From: Mobula hypostoma
Lineage: Eukaryota
Length of the DNA: 64,000 nt
Direction: 5' to 3'
Assembly (NCBI RefSeq): GCF_963921235.1
Contig: NC_086109.1
Location: 14,634,001-14,698,000, forward strand
Both the position numbers and the translations under genes were made by a program. The notes beneath the pieces are model-generated. The model saw only the letters and a program-made list of their open reading frames with translations. It was not told the DNA's origin and searched no databases. Below, one piece after another: positions 62,565 to 64,000 of this stretch (its first letter is position 1; every line of letters starts with the position of its first letter).

Positions 62565-63435
62565 AACAACACCCGAGGCTTTATAAGGCATTGGTCAGAC
62601 TGCATTTAGATTATTGTGAGTAGCTTTAGGCCCCTTATCTAAGAGAGGTTATGTTGCTATTGGAAATGGCCCAAAGGTGGTTCACGAGAATGATCCTGGG
62701 TTAACATCCGAGGAGGATTCAAAGGCTGTGGGCCTGTACTTATTGGAGTATAGAAGAATAAGGAGGGCAGCCCATTGAAGCTAACCACACTCATCAGGGA
62801 AGAGGCTACATAGCATCCACACCAGGACCACCAAACTCAGAAACAGTTATTTTCCCTAAGCAGTAAGGCTGATCAAAACCTCCAACCACTAACCCACCTT
62901 CCAAACCCCCATCGCCATGCTTCATCACTTCCCGCCAGCCACCTTATGTAGACACTCTGGTGCCTAGTGTCACTTTATGAACATTCAATGGATCTATGTA
63001 TCTAAGCTACTATATATCCAGAGTAACAATTATCTCCTTTTCCTTGACTCTTGTGTACTGGAAATGACATTAAACAATGGTGAGACTTGAATATTGAGAG
63101 GCCTAGATAGAATGGATTTGAAGAGGATGTTTTAAATAGTGGGGGAGTCTGGGACTAGGGGTCACAGGTCAGAACTGGACATCCATTTAGAACAGAGATA
63201 AGGAGGAATTTTAGCCAGAGGGTGATGAATCTGTGGAATTCGTTGCCACAGGCAGCTGTGGAATCAAGGACATAGGGCATATTTAATTCAGAGGTTGATA
63301 GGTTATTGATTACTAAGGGCAACAAAGATTATGGGGAGAAGGCATGAGAATGGGGCTGAGAGGACCATGATCAAATGGCAGAGCAGACTCATTGGGCCAA
63401 ATAGCCTAATTCTGCTCCAAAGTTTAATGGTCTTG
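62565..63435 (+). mobile_element. CR1 3' region split by a Babar-like tail (~62785-63090)
   Basis: LYKALVR.HL.YC motif; resumes aatattgagaggcctagatag; CR1 tail at ~63365-63435. Confidence 0.75.
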
Positions 63436-64000
63436 ATCTGAGATTGGACTCGCATAGAGGACAGGCTGAGTAAGGAAGTTTGCTTTTCTCTTCCAACAGA
63501 GAGTTGCAGAGAGATGTGGCACGGAAAGAGGCCCTTCAGCCCAACAGGTTCATGCTGCCACTGTACCGATCTACAATAATCCCATTTACCCTCATCACTC
63601 TACACCTTGGCACCTTAAATACTTGACCCCGATCTCACAGTCTGACTTGTCATTGGCTTGCAGATTATATTTTGCCCGCATTGCACCTTCTCTGAAAAAC
63701 TTTATTCTACATTCTGTTGTGGTTTTTTCCCTTGTACTACCTCTGTGTACCACTGTGAAGTATTGATTTTTATGGATGACATGCAAATCAAAGTTTTTCC
63801 ACAGAAGCCACACGCTCAACATCTAAGGAACAGCTTTTTCTTCTCTGCTATCAGATTACTGGACTGCCTATGAACTCATGAAAACTACTTCACTTATTTT
63901 GCTTTCTTTTTGCCCAACTTATTTTTATATATTCTTATTGTCATTTATAGATATTTTTGTTTTTGTATTTCTTATTGTGACTTACAGTAAATTTTATGTA

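Overview
Eukaryotic, repeat-saturated DNA with no host protein-coding exon that I can recognise. The repeat set resembles a cartilaginous fish, probably a ray; this is inferred from repeat style only. It includes CR1-type LINEs ending in TCTTATGG repeats, Rex1/Babar-like LINEs with 'SFFP.AIRLLN' ends, tRNA-derived SINEs, Penelope-like elements (PLEs), solo LTRs and hAT/Tc1 MITEs. Nearly all longer ORFs in the track are LINE, PLE or transposase remnants, or antisense/low-complexity noise. Notable structure: (1) about 20 PLE-derived pieces, many carrying a minimal type-I hammerhead ribozyme. Three copies have an intact core, some pieces form inverted dimers, and one is an internally deleted mini-element. 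(2) Three young copies of a CAG..CTG MITE with 6-bp TSDs, carrying a BED-finger first exon, a splice donor and a shared frameshift. (3) A ~2.2-kb Charlie-type hAT with nested insertions. (4) Two related solo LTRs with 4-bp TSDs plus a third LTR-like element. (5) Two duplicated non-repeat segments (24.1/25.7 kb and 51.2/58.7 kb) and a few candidate regulatory islands. Boundaries without a TSD or TIR are approximate.
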